Of a stretch of DNA of 64,000 nt, positions 52,001 through 64,000 are shown piece after piece (position 1 is the stretch's first letter; each line of letters opens with the position of its first letter). Where the stretch lies: positions 62,001 through 126,000 of the forward strand of contig KZ537999.1 in assembly GCA_000934665.2 (NCBI GenBank), in the 5' to 3' direction. This DNA comes from Catajapyx aquilonaris. Taxonomy: Eukaryota. Below the pieces are notes generated by a model. It did no database searches, was not told where the DNA came from, and worked only from the letters and a program-made list of their open reading frames with translations. The position numbers and the translations under genes are program-made.

Positions 52001-55000
52001 CAGCCCAGCCCAAGACCAGCCAGTCGGCGGGTAATGTTCGAGCAAATATTTGCGGCCACCGCTTCCGCTTCCACGGTCATTACACTAACCGCTTTTCTTA
52101 ACCCCCACTGCCACCGGAACACACTCGCCTTTTTCTTTCCAGGTGTTCCCAACACGTCAACTAAAACTTCCAAACTACTATCAGCACACTTGTCACGGCC
52201 CGTGGTGCACCCACACCAGTGCAGTAAAGGGTAATGAATAATTGCTGAATCGGAATTAGGTCGCAACAACGTGTACACAAATACCTGTTCAAAATTATTT
52301 ATTTCGTTCCCTATTGTATACTGAACTACACCCCCAAATCATTTTGTACTATTCAACCAGGCACATTTTTCCCCCATCTTCTTCGTTGGTGGATAATTCG
52401 GTTCGGAGATAAAATAAAACCGGGTTTCCGAATCGGGCACAGATCCCATGTGCTAACCGTCTCCTTGCCTTTCTTTACTTTACCCCTCTCCCCAAATCCC
52501 CGTCGTTGCAAATGAAAAAGTTCTGCCATTTCCCCTCCAAACTGCAAATATAGGGACCCTTTTTTTCTCCCGGTGTAATCACACGTGCTCTCTTCCGTTC
52601 GTCGCACGTGCACGTTAACTGAACGATCAATTTTCACAAGCAAGATGCCGAAAATTTTCCGATAATTTGCACAGGTATGTCAAAGAGCAATGCATTCAAT
52701 GTAAGTACTGCAGCAATAATGCTCCAAATTCGCCAAATTCGGTGTCCTCTTCACCCTATTTCTTGACGACCATTCCCTGAACATTCTCGGGCCCTGCGAG
52801 TCCCCAGTGTGTACCAGCACCGGGAGGCAGCAGCTTTCTGTGGTCTGTGCCGCCTCATCAAAGTTTCAGCATTGTACTCCAGTCGTCAAACAACTGTATT
52901 GGAGCATTGTTTGACCAAGGTTCGGTCAAAGAGGGAAGGGTGGCTTTTGCCGCGAAATCCAGCCGCGCTAACTAAATACGAGATATACATGGGGTGGGGG
53001 ATAATAGGACACAGAGAGGGAGGCTTCAATTTTACTCATTAAAGCACGTGCCGCAGAAAAAAAAATGAGTAAAGTCTGTTCTTGTTGGTAAGCCTGGAGA
53101 AAGCCTTTTAGGTAATGTTCGTTCTGGCTTTCCTTGATGGGTGATGATCCCCGCGCCGAAACAGAGCTGTGGTCGGACATACGCTTATTCCCAGGACCCC
53201 CGAGCTCCATTCCCCGTTTCCCCCAATTAGTCGGCTTGAGGATGCCAGGCGCGTGGTTTCTTCTTGGGGTTGACCAGAAGGATCGATCCGCGGACTTGCC
53301 TTTGCCCTCCCGAGTTGCAACCCGAGGAGAGAGACTAGCATCTCCAGGTCCAGGAAACTATACAAACCCAGCGTAGCCTAGTCCCTACGATGCTGTTGCA
53401 TACCCAGGGCCAAAGACCTCTCATTTCCACCCTTATACGTGCCGGAGACTCTCCCGGATTTATGGTCGCCTGATTTATGCCGACGCGAAATATGGCCGGG
53501 GCCAAACTTATCACCCCAAAAACTTTGGGCGCCATCACTCTCAGCTGCTCCTTTGATGCAAAACAGATTCATCCTCCAAGAATACTGTATTGGCACCCAT
53601 TTTTTCGCTTAGATACATCAAGGGGGCCAACTACCTTCCACGAAAGCGAATAAAGAAAGTTGGGAAGAGCAGTTAATTGTAAAGAAAACAGAGGAAATGG
53701 ACGCCATTAGTCGAGATGGCTGGGAACAAAAAGGGGGGATCCCCGTTAGTGAGATAAGGCCATTTCTCGGTGGCCCAATCGGGCATGAATGCCTTAAGCT
53801 AGGCGACAATCCTCTTCCCCCCCCCCCCCTTCCTCCCCACCAAACGGATGGATCTGCGCAACAAATCAATACCTTTTGGTCCCCCCTACCACCCAAACCC
53901 ACCTCCTCATAGGTACAGCAAAAGACGAGCGAGACGACAGCCCCAGCCAGCTTTGGTAAAGATTAAGTGACGATTTGATTTGACGAGCACTCCTTTCCAA
54001 TTGCCAACACTGCCCGGGCCATTCTTTTTCCGGGGTAGAGAGAGAGAGAAAAAAAAGGACCCGGAGTTTTGTTTCTGGGATGGGAGGGAGGGTGAGAGAC
54101 GTGGGCCCCGTAAATCTCCTGGCCCGTGTCCTTAATCCATAAAGCAACGGCCTGACCTTCTGTCTTGCTTCCTTCCTGGCGACACTCGAATTGGACATCT
54201 CTCAGCCTGTCCTTCCAGTAGACAACTCATTTCCGACCCAGGCCTTTGCCTCTCCCCACTCTGTCTCGACTCAAGACAACGGCCGCAGCTTGCCACTACA
54301 TAAACTGCCATTTTCATTTCCTCGAAGGAAGAACAGGGGGTTATCCTACGTGATATGCAACCCAACTGACATGTGCACAGCCTCAAAAAATTGGGAAGCC
54401 CCCTGCTATTTCAGATATAATCCAAACACATTTTCCATGGCCAAAGTGTAACATACCGAAGGCTAATCCCAAATTCTGGCCCGTCTCTTCCCTTCCCGCC
54501 CAATAAATAAATTCTGTTTCCATATTGACTATGCTAATCTATCGATAATGCGCCCTACTTTCATGCCTGATAGATGAGCCGATAATATTGACTTCCCCTC
54601 TGTGACACAATCATATTAGAATAATGTGGGCCGCACATGTGCAAACAACGGATTTGTCGCACTTCTGAACGCGCCCTATCCTTACGACACTTCCATCTTT
54701 TCAATCCGAAACTTTTCGTTAACCTACGCCCATTTTAAAGCTAACTGTTAGTTACAAGCTGGAGACACCTTTCCGAGTGTAAATTAGAACCAACTGAGCA
54801 CAAAACGCTCCCTGAAAATCCGGCAGCTGATTTCACCCGTCGACCTCATTACGTCACTTGGCCCGCCAGGGCGCATTCAGAAAGTCCTCCACCGCAGCCA
54901 TGAAACTGATATCTACAATTAACGGGCCGCTTCAGAAGACGTGAGACGCCAGTAGTTCCTCGCACTCCAACAAGGATGGCTATCCATTTTATATTATATC

Positions 55001-58000
55001 CCCCCATTGAATAAATCAGGCCCATCGCACCATGTTCCAAGCCACGAGAATCCAGACGTAGAAAATTTTCTTCTCCGGATGACAGGCACGTGTACGCATA
55101 TAGTGGACCCGGAGCAAATCCCGGATTCCAGTCGAGGCTCCGGAGAGAGAGAGAGCGAGAGAGAGAGAAAGGTCTGGTCCTGAAAACCGTCGGCACATAC
55201 GTCTTGTCTCAGAGACGACCGCAGTTATTCTCTTTGCAGCCTAAGCTCTATGTATAGCCCGAAGCGAGAGGGGCTATACACTGCACTGAGCACGCTGTTC
55301 ATTACGCCTTATACTGTCCGGAACAAAAAAATAAGAGAAAGGTAAGCCAGGATTTTAGCTCTCGGCAGATGTGTCTGAACCAGTGTACCCAGATCCTGTA
55401 TACAGTGACAAAAGGGCAATTTTCGCACAGTTTTTGTGGACATTGATACCTCTCAATATCCTGTGTCTCATATACATGCAAGACGCGTGTCGATATATAT
55501 CGAATGAGCTCATTTTGCGACAGAGGCGCCAGTGAATGGCAAACCTCGTTTCGTCTCCGTCGGTAGAGCAGCCAAGGTGTGAAGCCAAGTAGGATACGTG
55601 GCTGGTGCTCCAAATGCGAGCAACTCAAAACCGACCTGCTCCTTTCGAAGTCGTAACGCGACCTTCCTCTTGTGGATTCAAGCCTTTCATTTCCACCCTT
55701 TTTTCCCTCCTTCCTCCTTTCCTAAGGGACTTGCAGTACATCTCTCTCAAGTACACAAAGGCTTCCAATCAATTTTCTACCAATAACTCCCCCCCATTTG
55801 AGATGCCGCTCAAGCCTCCCGAATTCGGATACATATCCAATAAGATGCTCCGAAATTTCAATGAGATTCAATCTGGGTCTCTGCTGCGACTGACACCCTG
55901 TAGCAGCATTGCACGAATCTGGATTATAAAATAGATTCACGGCACACCCAGTGGTGTCTCTCACCTTTTGATTGGCTACAAATGATGCCAAGTGGCAGTC
56001 CGGGTGACGCGTCACGTCATCCTTAGTCTGCCATTATGCCACGCATACAACACACGTCCAACTAAACCCGCACCTCAGTTCATGCCAAACCGCACGACGT
56101 GCTTCAACACTGATTGGGATAATCCACCCTCTCATATTCAGTTTGTTGCGAAAAAAAATCGCGAAATTCGCAAACCTTAGCACATCATTTCTCACCTATT
56201 CACGCCAGAATCCGACCAATTTGTTCCTAAACCTCCCGATCCGGACCATTTTTTTCTTCCCTGGCACCAGTTTGAAAAGAGCCCAGAAAATTGTGTGTTG
56301 TATAGAAACGACTCGCCATTTCCGGGGCGGTACAAATCGCGATCCGGGACTGACGGAGGTAATCAGATTGGCAGCTGCACAATGAGCAGAATGTATTGCA
56401 GCACCTTTTTTCACTTCCCTCTTCAAGAAGAAGCACTTTCTCTCCGCCCTCTTTTTTCTCGAAGAAAAAAAAAATGTCAAGAGACGCAAGCACACTATTA
56501 TTTACCGTCGCTTAGTAATTTCCTTCCAGTGCATTCACCTGGGAAATGAAACTATCCCTAAGATATCGGGATGGAGTGAAGCCAATTTCACAGAGAGTGC
56601 ATTCCGGTCTTCTCTCTCTTCCCTCTCTCTCTCTCTCTCTTTTCCAAAAAACCCAACCCACAGGTGTGTGTTTTCAGAGAAGAAAAAAAATTGGTGTGGG
56701 GGAGGAGGTAAAGGTTTGGTCCTAAGCCTTGGCTCATGATCAATACCCCCCCTCCCATGCTTCCATCAGCAGCGTTCAAATCCCAGATGCTTTCCTTCCT
56801 CTCGCAATCCGTCATATAGCACTGGATGGAATCCTGACACCCTCCTCGTGCTTCCAAACACACAACAGACTAAGGCCCCTGAAAAAACTCAAAAAAAGGG
56901 GAGGAAAAATGGACTCGAATCGTGCTGTTCATCCAGTGATAAACGCACTCGACCTACATTCGCACAACATGAGAACAAGACTAGTGAAGGTTCTACCTGC
57001 AGAACCACGGAATGATGTTCAATCTCCCCATTTTTTGGAAGCCCTGGAGTCGAGAAAATATTGGCTGGAATCAAACCCCGCACTCAATTAGTCACGCTAT
57101 TAAGTTCTCCAGCTGCGATGCTCCAAGCTAGATTATTACAGATATCGATAATTTAGCACTCCCCGAGCCATCAGGTTCATATAGAGTCCCAAAAAAAAAT
57201 TAGCGCGAATTAAATCGCAAAACTTGGGCGTTAAACTGCATAACATTTCCATAATTCAGAAAAATGTGCAAATATTTTTCTCACCTCACAAGTGATCTAA
57301 ATTAAGACAAACCCAATATTCCAAACCGGCTTCAGCTAACACTTTAAAAGCTGGCAAACTACTTCAAGAGATCTTAAGAAAATCCTGAACGATTGTTACC
57401 TGCGGAATATTGACTTTCCCCAGTTTTGTAGGTCACCACAAAACTCGAGCGTATCTCCTGGAGACAGCTTTTCCAGAGTGCAAAACAATATGCAAAAGTG
57501 CCGTAAGCTCCTTAATTCTGGTCCCCACGAAATTGGTGCACTCCATTCCTTGAATTGCTCGCTTGATCCAGTGAAAAACGTGCTCGACCTAGATCCAACC
57601 TTCCCTGTGATTCTAGACATGGAGCAGCAAGTGAGGTAATGTTTTGAAAATCAACAGGCGCCAAAGTTTGTCAGGTTTTTTTTTTGAGTGGGTGGGTGGG
57701 GTGGGTTCCGTCCTTCAAAGGGACGTCTCCAAGGGCCTCTTTTCACACCAGATGCGATGCCTCAAAACCCTTTACGGTCTGGAGGTGATGAGTTTGGGAA
57801 TTGGGTCGAGGGGGGATCCCTTCTCTCTTCTTCTCCTCTCTTTTCTTTCTTTTTCTTCTTCTTCTGCGGACCCCGCCACTAACTGCTTTTGCGGATCACT
57901 CGCGACTCGACTTTATAAAAGGTAGGGCTAATCGCCTAAACTACTTATCTCCGCCTCCTTGCCCTCTTCTCAAGCGCTCTTTTTCACTCCTTTCCCACTG

Positions 58001-61000
58001 CCATCATTCATTATTCATTCCATCTGGTTAGCTCCCCATTCCTCGACGCAACTCTTCCAAAAAAAATATTTTTAAATGCATGTGTTCATAAATGAGAGGT
58101 GATGTTAACCGCCAGTACCGAGCCATATGTATTCAATCTATTGAAATATGAAGAATAATGCATCCAGAATGTGTATAGTCTCTAATTTTGTGAACACATT
58201 GTGTACAGGTTCAATGGAAGAATGCATGGGGCGGTATCCTAATTTCCGCATATGCAGTGTCTGGTCCAAATGCAGCCGGGGATATTCCATACTATTGATT
58301 ATGCACTTTGGGTGAGCACAGAAAAAGGAGCCCTCAGGACCTGGATTCGTCTCAGCAGCAGACAGAGAAAAGAGAAAGGGAGAGAGAGAAAAAAAAACCC
58401 AGAGTCTCTCTCCCAAAATGGACTCCGGAAAAGGCAGTGAAAAGTTGGGACAATTGGGCTAAAAAGTTTTGTTGCGAATTTTTTTTATAGCTCTTCTCCT
58501 CCCGACGGCAAATCAGCAGGGAGCCAATCAGATTGTTTCAAATGGAGCATGCAAAATAGCTGCAAGGCAAGAAAGCTAAACCCACGCTCTGGAAAAAAAC
58601 ATGCCTTCGCAGGAAGTATTCTTGTTCTGAACTGTTATTGCTTTGTTTATGCCAAAATGCATAATCAGTACATGCTGCTACAGGGTGCTACGAAAAATGA
58701 TGTCTATTTGTATATGGGCCATTTCCTGCTTAATAATTAATATTATAAACTTGCTTGCAAAAAAGAAATCTGGCTCGAAATATGTTTTCGTACATTATAC
58801 ACATGACTAACTTCAACTACGCCGAATGTCATATTGGTCGGATGAAAAATGCTCTTTCATTAGTCTAACAGGCACGCGAACTGCATTTTAGTGCTGACTC
58901 ACGCAAGCCTTGCACTTAGAATAATATTCATCAATAATCTAATTACACGGCGATTGCTCCCAAGCTTTGCTCGCTCCAATTTTTTAAGAGCCTATATACC
59001 AGGTCAAGGCCGCAACCTACATTTAAAATGTTTGGATCATCACATTTTTCAATATTTTAAAAAGGTCCCGGATTTACGTCATACTCTCCAGGCAATGTTT
59101 ACAGTTTCTACGAAATAATGCAACACCGCCGCGAACATGCAACGCTGCTGGTATACTCACACACAGCCTGAGAGAAGTCCTTGTCGCTGCCAACATCTTA
59201 CGTGTGTATATCCTCCCTCCCCTGTTGGCTCGTCTCCTCAGCTTGTCACCCGAAAGAGACAAGCCTCCAAAGATCACTTGTAGGCTTTCACTCTCTCCTG
59301 CTCCATTGTCCGCATCCTGAGTATACACACAGGGGGCCCTAGACGAGCAATGATTTCCTTTGTGGTTTGATTTGGTACAGGGGGCCCAGAATGGATGCGG
59401 TTATCGAATCACCTCGCTCCATGTGAAAATGATGAGGAAAAGGGGGGACCATCCAAAAGGGGGAAGCCCTACCTCCATAATTCTGTACACACGTGTGCAA
59501 AGACCGCTGCAACACTGCAAAACTGGGAAGAAACTTGCCCATGCAAACGGTTAGTTCCTACGGGCGTGTATACAAAGCAAATCCTTACATTGACACGATC
59601 TAATCAACCTGGCCTAGTCGCACAAATGGCTCATGTTCAACCCGACTTTTTGCCGCCCTGGTTGTTGCAAGATTCCTTGCAAAGCAATTGGAGTCGGCTC
59701 CCAAAACACGGCTTGTTTGTACCGCGGGCTATATGGGCTAACCAAATAGGCCGTAAAACCGCAGGGAAAGTGTCGTAAACCAGTGGAAATGTATTTATTA
59801 TTGAGAAGCGACGTGTAGGAACCGGCTTCATTAGGGGCGACTAAACTTGACTTTAGTTGCTCCGGCTAGGCTTTGCTCGCACGGCACTTAATTTTTATCG
59901 CCATGTTCTCTTTTCCGCATTTAAAAGCACGAGACACGCCAGTGAGAAGAGCTCGCTTTTGTAACGAGCGTGAAAAAAAAAGAAGAAGGCGACGCGGTGT
60001 TGCGTAAAGCTGAATTCACACATGCGCGACTTTATGCCTTAATGAGCGACTTGGAACATGTTGGTTCATTAAAATATCCGATTTTAATGACCAAAACTAG
60101 TGTGTATCCGTCGAGCGATTTCTTGCCAGCGAGCGATTTCTCACCCGCGAGCGATAGACATAGAGGGGAATCCCCGCAACCCGACTTTGAGCGATTTACG
60201 ACGCACGACATGCATTAACGGACGAATAAAAAAATCCGGGGCGTAAAGTGAGAGAAGAGTAGACTTCCATCTCTGGGCACGCGACACCTCGACCTGTAAA
60301 ACCCGACAGCTAAAGCGTAGAATCTTCCATTAGTGTCACCTCACACTCCCGCCATTACTCTTCTTCCTCCGTCGTTCCTTGGTTCGTTCCTCCTGCACAT
60401 TATAAGCTGCATGACTCGTCCTATTAGCAAAAGCTGAGAATTAGATGGAGTTTGTTCCAAAAGCGACACACGGACCAAGCGACGTCCAGGCGTCGTCACC
60501 TTGAATGCACCTGCTGGCTGGCCTCAAATTGGGTTCTGGACTCATGAGAAGCGGGCCAAATGCCCCGTCGCTCTTGATGGACGCCCGACTAATTAGCATC
60601 ACTTTGCCCATGGAAATGTCGCTGACGCCCAATTGGCTCTGATGGAATCGGCTTGTGCGGGTACGTCCTATGCTGGCGGAACGAAATGTGTGTGAGAAAA
60701 AAAAAATCAGTTTATTTTTCGCCACCTTTTCGCAATGTTTTGCGAGCCAGGTGGAATATAGTCAGGAGGTTTCGCAAAAGAAGAAAAAAGGAAGCGACAA
60801 GTCCCCGGGTGTCGCAGATCTGTCGGAATAAAGAGGACGGATCTTCCCGCCCAGGGAGACGGATTTCAGGCAGGCAAATCTCCCCGGAGTGAATCCGGCA
60901 CCGTGAATAATTAAGCATTTCCCGGAGAGGACTCCGGAACTCACGTCCTGCTCCAACCGGATTCAGCCTTTCCAACAAAAAGAGAGTAAAAATAGAGGGA

Positions 61001-61152
61001 CCGGAAGGGCCAACTCCTCGGCGGCTCACCAGTCCCACTCACGGACACCACTGTGGTATGTAAAAAGGAGGCTTACTTCAGACCCTGCGCAATCAGCCAT
61101 GTTGTAAACGTGACGTCATAAGAGCTATTATCAGCCATCTTGAAGGACGCCA

Positions 61153-61425
61153 CAAAATATCGATATTTTAGAGGATGCCAGAAAAATCGATATTATAAAT
61201 GAGATAATAAAATCGATATATTATTTAGATGAGGTAATAAAATAGCCAATTAGATTGTCATAAAAATATATAATATTTAGATGAGGTAATAAATCAGCAT
61301 TTTAGATAACACCAATATCGATATTTCAGAAGACGTCATAAAATTGATATATTGGATGAATTGATAATTTAGACAACGTAATAAATATCGATGTTTTCGA
61401 AAACGCCATAAATTCTATATTTTAA
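61153..61425. repeat. Degenerate AT-rich ~30-bp tandem array with ATCGATA cores
   Basis: Recurring (A/T)ATCGATATT, TTTAGATGAGGTAATAAA (two copies) and ACG(T/C)CATAAA. Confidence 0.6.
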
Positions 61426-62330
61426 ATTTGCGACATGTTCATGACGTCGTCATGCATATATTCGACATATTACGTGAACACTGTCGATGGTATCGCCAAC
61501 AATTATTTCATTGCAAGGTAAAGGTCAAAAAAGCAGCGTGAAAGCTGTGTCAGTAATGAGCGCAGTATCGATGTCTATCTGAAAGCGATTGTATCGATAC
61601 TTGTTTCCGGCAATAATGAAGGGACAAACAACCTGAAGCGCCAAATGCACGACCGGACCAAAAACCGCGAGGCAGTAAAAAAGCGGGTACTATTCATTTT
61701 TTAGGACCTATTCAGCATCGCATTTGATGGCAATCATGTTGGTAAACGGTGGCGATAAAAACGCAACATTTCGATCGCAGTTGGATGGGGGGCGTGGGGG
61801 TCTCTCTTTTCCAATAATTCCCGATGCGTTGCTATTGGCAGCGCCCCGGACATGATTGGTCACCGCCGGCACGTCCCGGCACTTATAAATGATAGCCGTT
61901 GTTTGTTCCCAACCCAGAGAGAGCGATAGAAAAAAAATAGAGAGCGAGAAAACTGCTAATGGCCATTCAGCACGCTCATTAATGAGAAAGGGTGGCTTAT
62001 TTCCAACCCTGCCAAATCACTTCGCGGCTCAATTTCAAAAACATAAAAGTTATAGTAGATAGACTTGCACTGTAAAAAATTGGCATGTCTATATTTCACT
62101 AATTTATGTACTAATTAGCAGCTACAAAACAGTGAAGCTTCTCACACCGTTTGCACGTCATAGCAGCTTCAACTGAAGCGTCTGTCAAGGTCAACCGATA
62201 ACAGATGACCTTGACTGGAGATAGCCCTGAACCGAGCATAAGGTAGGCTTGGAAATAACTTACGCACCAGCCCTAAATGGATATCCTGTACACAGCACGT
62301 GGTCTTGCAATTGCGCGATGCTGAATCCCT

Positions 62331-62332
<2 letters not shown>

Positions 62333-62416
<84 letters not shown>
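62333..62416. repeat. (TC)n microsatellite
   Basis: About 42 units, read directly. Confidence 0.95.
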
Positions 62417-62420
<4 letters not shown>

Positions 62421-64000
62421 TTCTTGCTGCTTCCTAGCACTGGCCTACACTGAGCTCTCGGAGCAAAGAGGATGGGGGAGGATAGGGCTGGAGTCCATCG
62501 ATCCGACCCAACAGATGCGGAACAAAACCAACTCGGCAAAAATACTGGGCAGCTAATTGCCGCACACCGACCCCTCAACTCACAGTAAAAAAATGTTGTC
62601 AACATCCGCTAAAAAATAAACGAGCTTGCAGCACAGGGGGTGCAATAGATTTTTCTTAAAAAAATATATAGGCCTGTATAAAAAAGGGCTGATCGGGAGA
62701 CATGTTTTGGGCGCAACAAATCTCTTAAGGGTGGAGCCCTGGAGGCAAGGGAGTGAAAGAGAAAGAGAAGAAACAACACTTTCCCATTCCAACTTCTCTA
62801 TTTCCAGTTTCCCTTTGATGGAACGAGCCTTTCGATTTCTCTCTTCTTCTCAAGCCTTTCCGTTACTCTATTTTTTCTCCCTCTCCCTCTGCTGCTCTCT
62901 TTGTCTGACTTGAAACCCCCTTCGGTACACCTCTTCGATTGCCAATAGCTTTACACTACTTTATACTAATCTCAAAGAAGAGGGCACTCGCTTTAAAAAA
63001 TACATGGTTACTATACTCTCCTTCCTGGCTCTCAAATATTCTCTCACATAAAAGCGAGATCAAACTTGAAAATAGTAATCCTAAGCACACAATATATTTT
63101 CACAAATAAATGAATGTCGATTTGAATCGAAATAATGCACATGTGTCACTGTATATTACAGGTGATATGTCATATTTTTAATGAGTAATGCCCAATAAGA
63201 ACGCTCGCATTTTAGATAAATGTGGACATAAAATAAATAACGTCCAGACTGTTACGGCCGATTGAAAACGCGTCATAAAATATGTTTCCCCCCCTCCCCC
63301 AGTTTATGATAATAATTACGCAACATTATTTGTAAAGTACAGGCTACACCATTCGGTTTAAAACTAATTGAGCGCGACTTCGAAATAACATTTGCCCATA
63401 TTTAAATACGCAAACACCCTCATTAATTAGTAACAGTTCAAATTTTGTTAGTATGATAAATTCAGGAAATTTAACGTTTTAATTGGCATTTTTACTATTC
63501 TATACATAGCGAAAATTAATAAATTAGTCCATTATTAACAGATCAGCGCCATCAATTATGCGGTTCCTATGAAAAATTGGCCCGGTAATGACCCTAATGG
63601 GCTAATGTAAACCGTCATTTAGTGGGGGTTCTAAATTAAACGCGTATTGAAATCGTATTGCGCCGGGGCCAGTGATCACATGCAAATGGCATGCAACATT
63701 TCCGGAGAGTTTTTACGCCCCCCTCCCAATCAAAAAAAAGTTTACCCTCGAAAACTATAGTATCCGTGCATATGCGTCATGCTGTCGGATGAAAACTGGG
63801 CTAATCCTTTCCTGCCTTTTGCAAAAAAAAAAAAAAATGCCAAAAAACTGATCGATGACATCAAGCACAGGTTAGTTTCAGAGCTAACCGAATCGGGGTG
63901 AAGGACACTATCAATATTCTAAGCGGAAAAGTTGCGGAAAATTGCCAGGCTTAGATGGAAATCGCATCTTCAGTTGCGCAAACCACTGATCAGTATTTTA

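Overview
Eukaryotic (arthropod-like) genomic window with a single supportable protein-coding gene. It is a minus-strand, two-exon, multiple-cysteine-cluster Toll receptor of the long-Toll group, most similar to Tollo/Toll-8 and Toll-6. The CDS is join(42878..41550, 36669..34000), 1332 aa, split by a 4880-bp phase-0 GT-AG intron, with a TATA + Inr core promoter near 43007-43040. The remaining ~55 kb is non-coding. The most structured non-coding feature is a three-level nest at 11.9-13.7 kb: a 164-bp TA-flanked Tc1/mariner-type MITE inside a 1480-bp non-autonomous DNA transposon (38-bp perfect TIRs, CATAG ends, 8-bp TSD GTCGATAC), itself inserted in a 22-23-bp minisatellite carrying the TATCGATA (DRE) palindrome. 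Further small MITE-like, foldback, tandem and microsatellite repeats are scattered throughout. I saw no tRNA, rRNA, CRISPR array or transposase ORF. All family assignments come from recalled motifs, not database searches.
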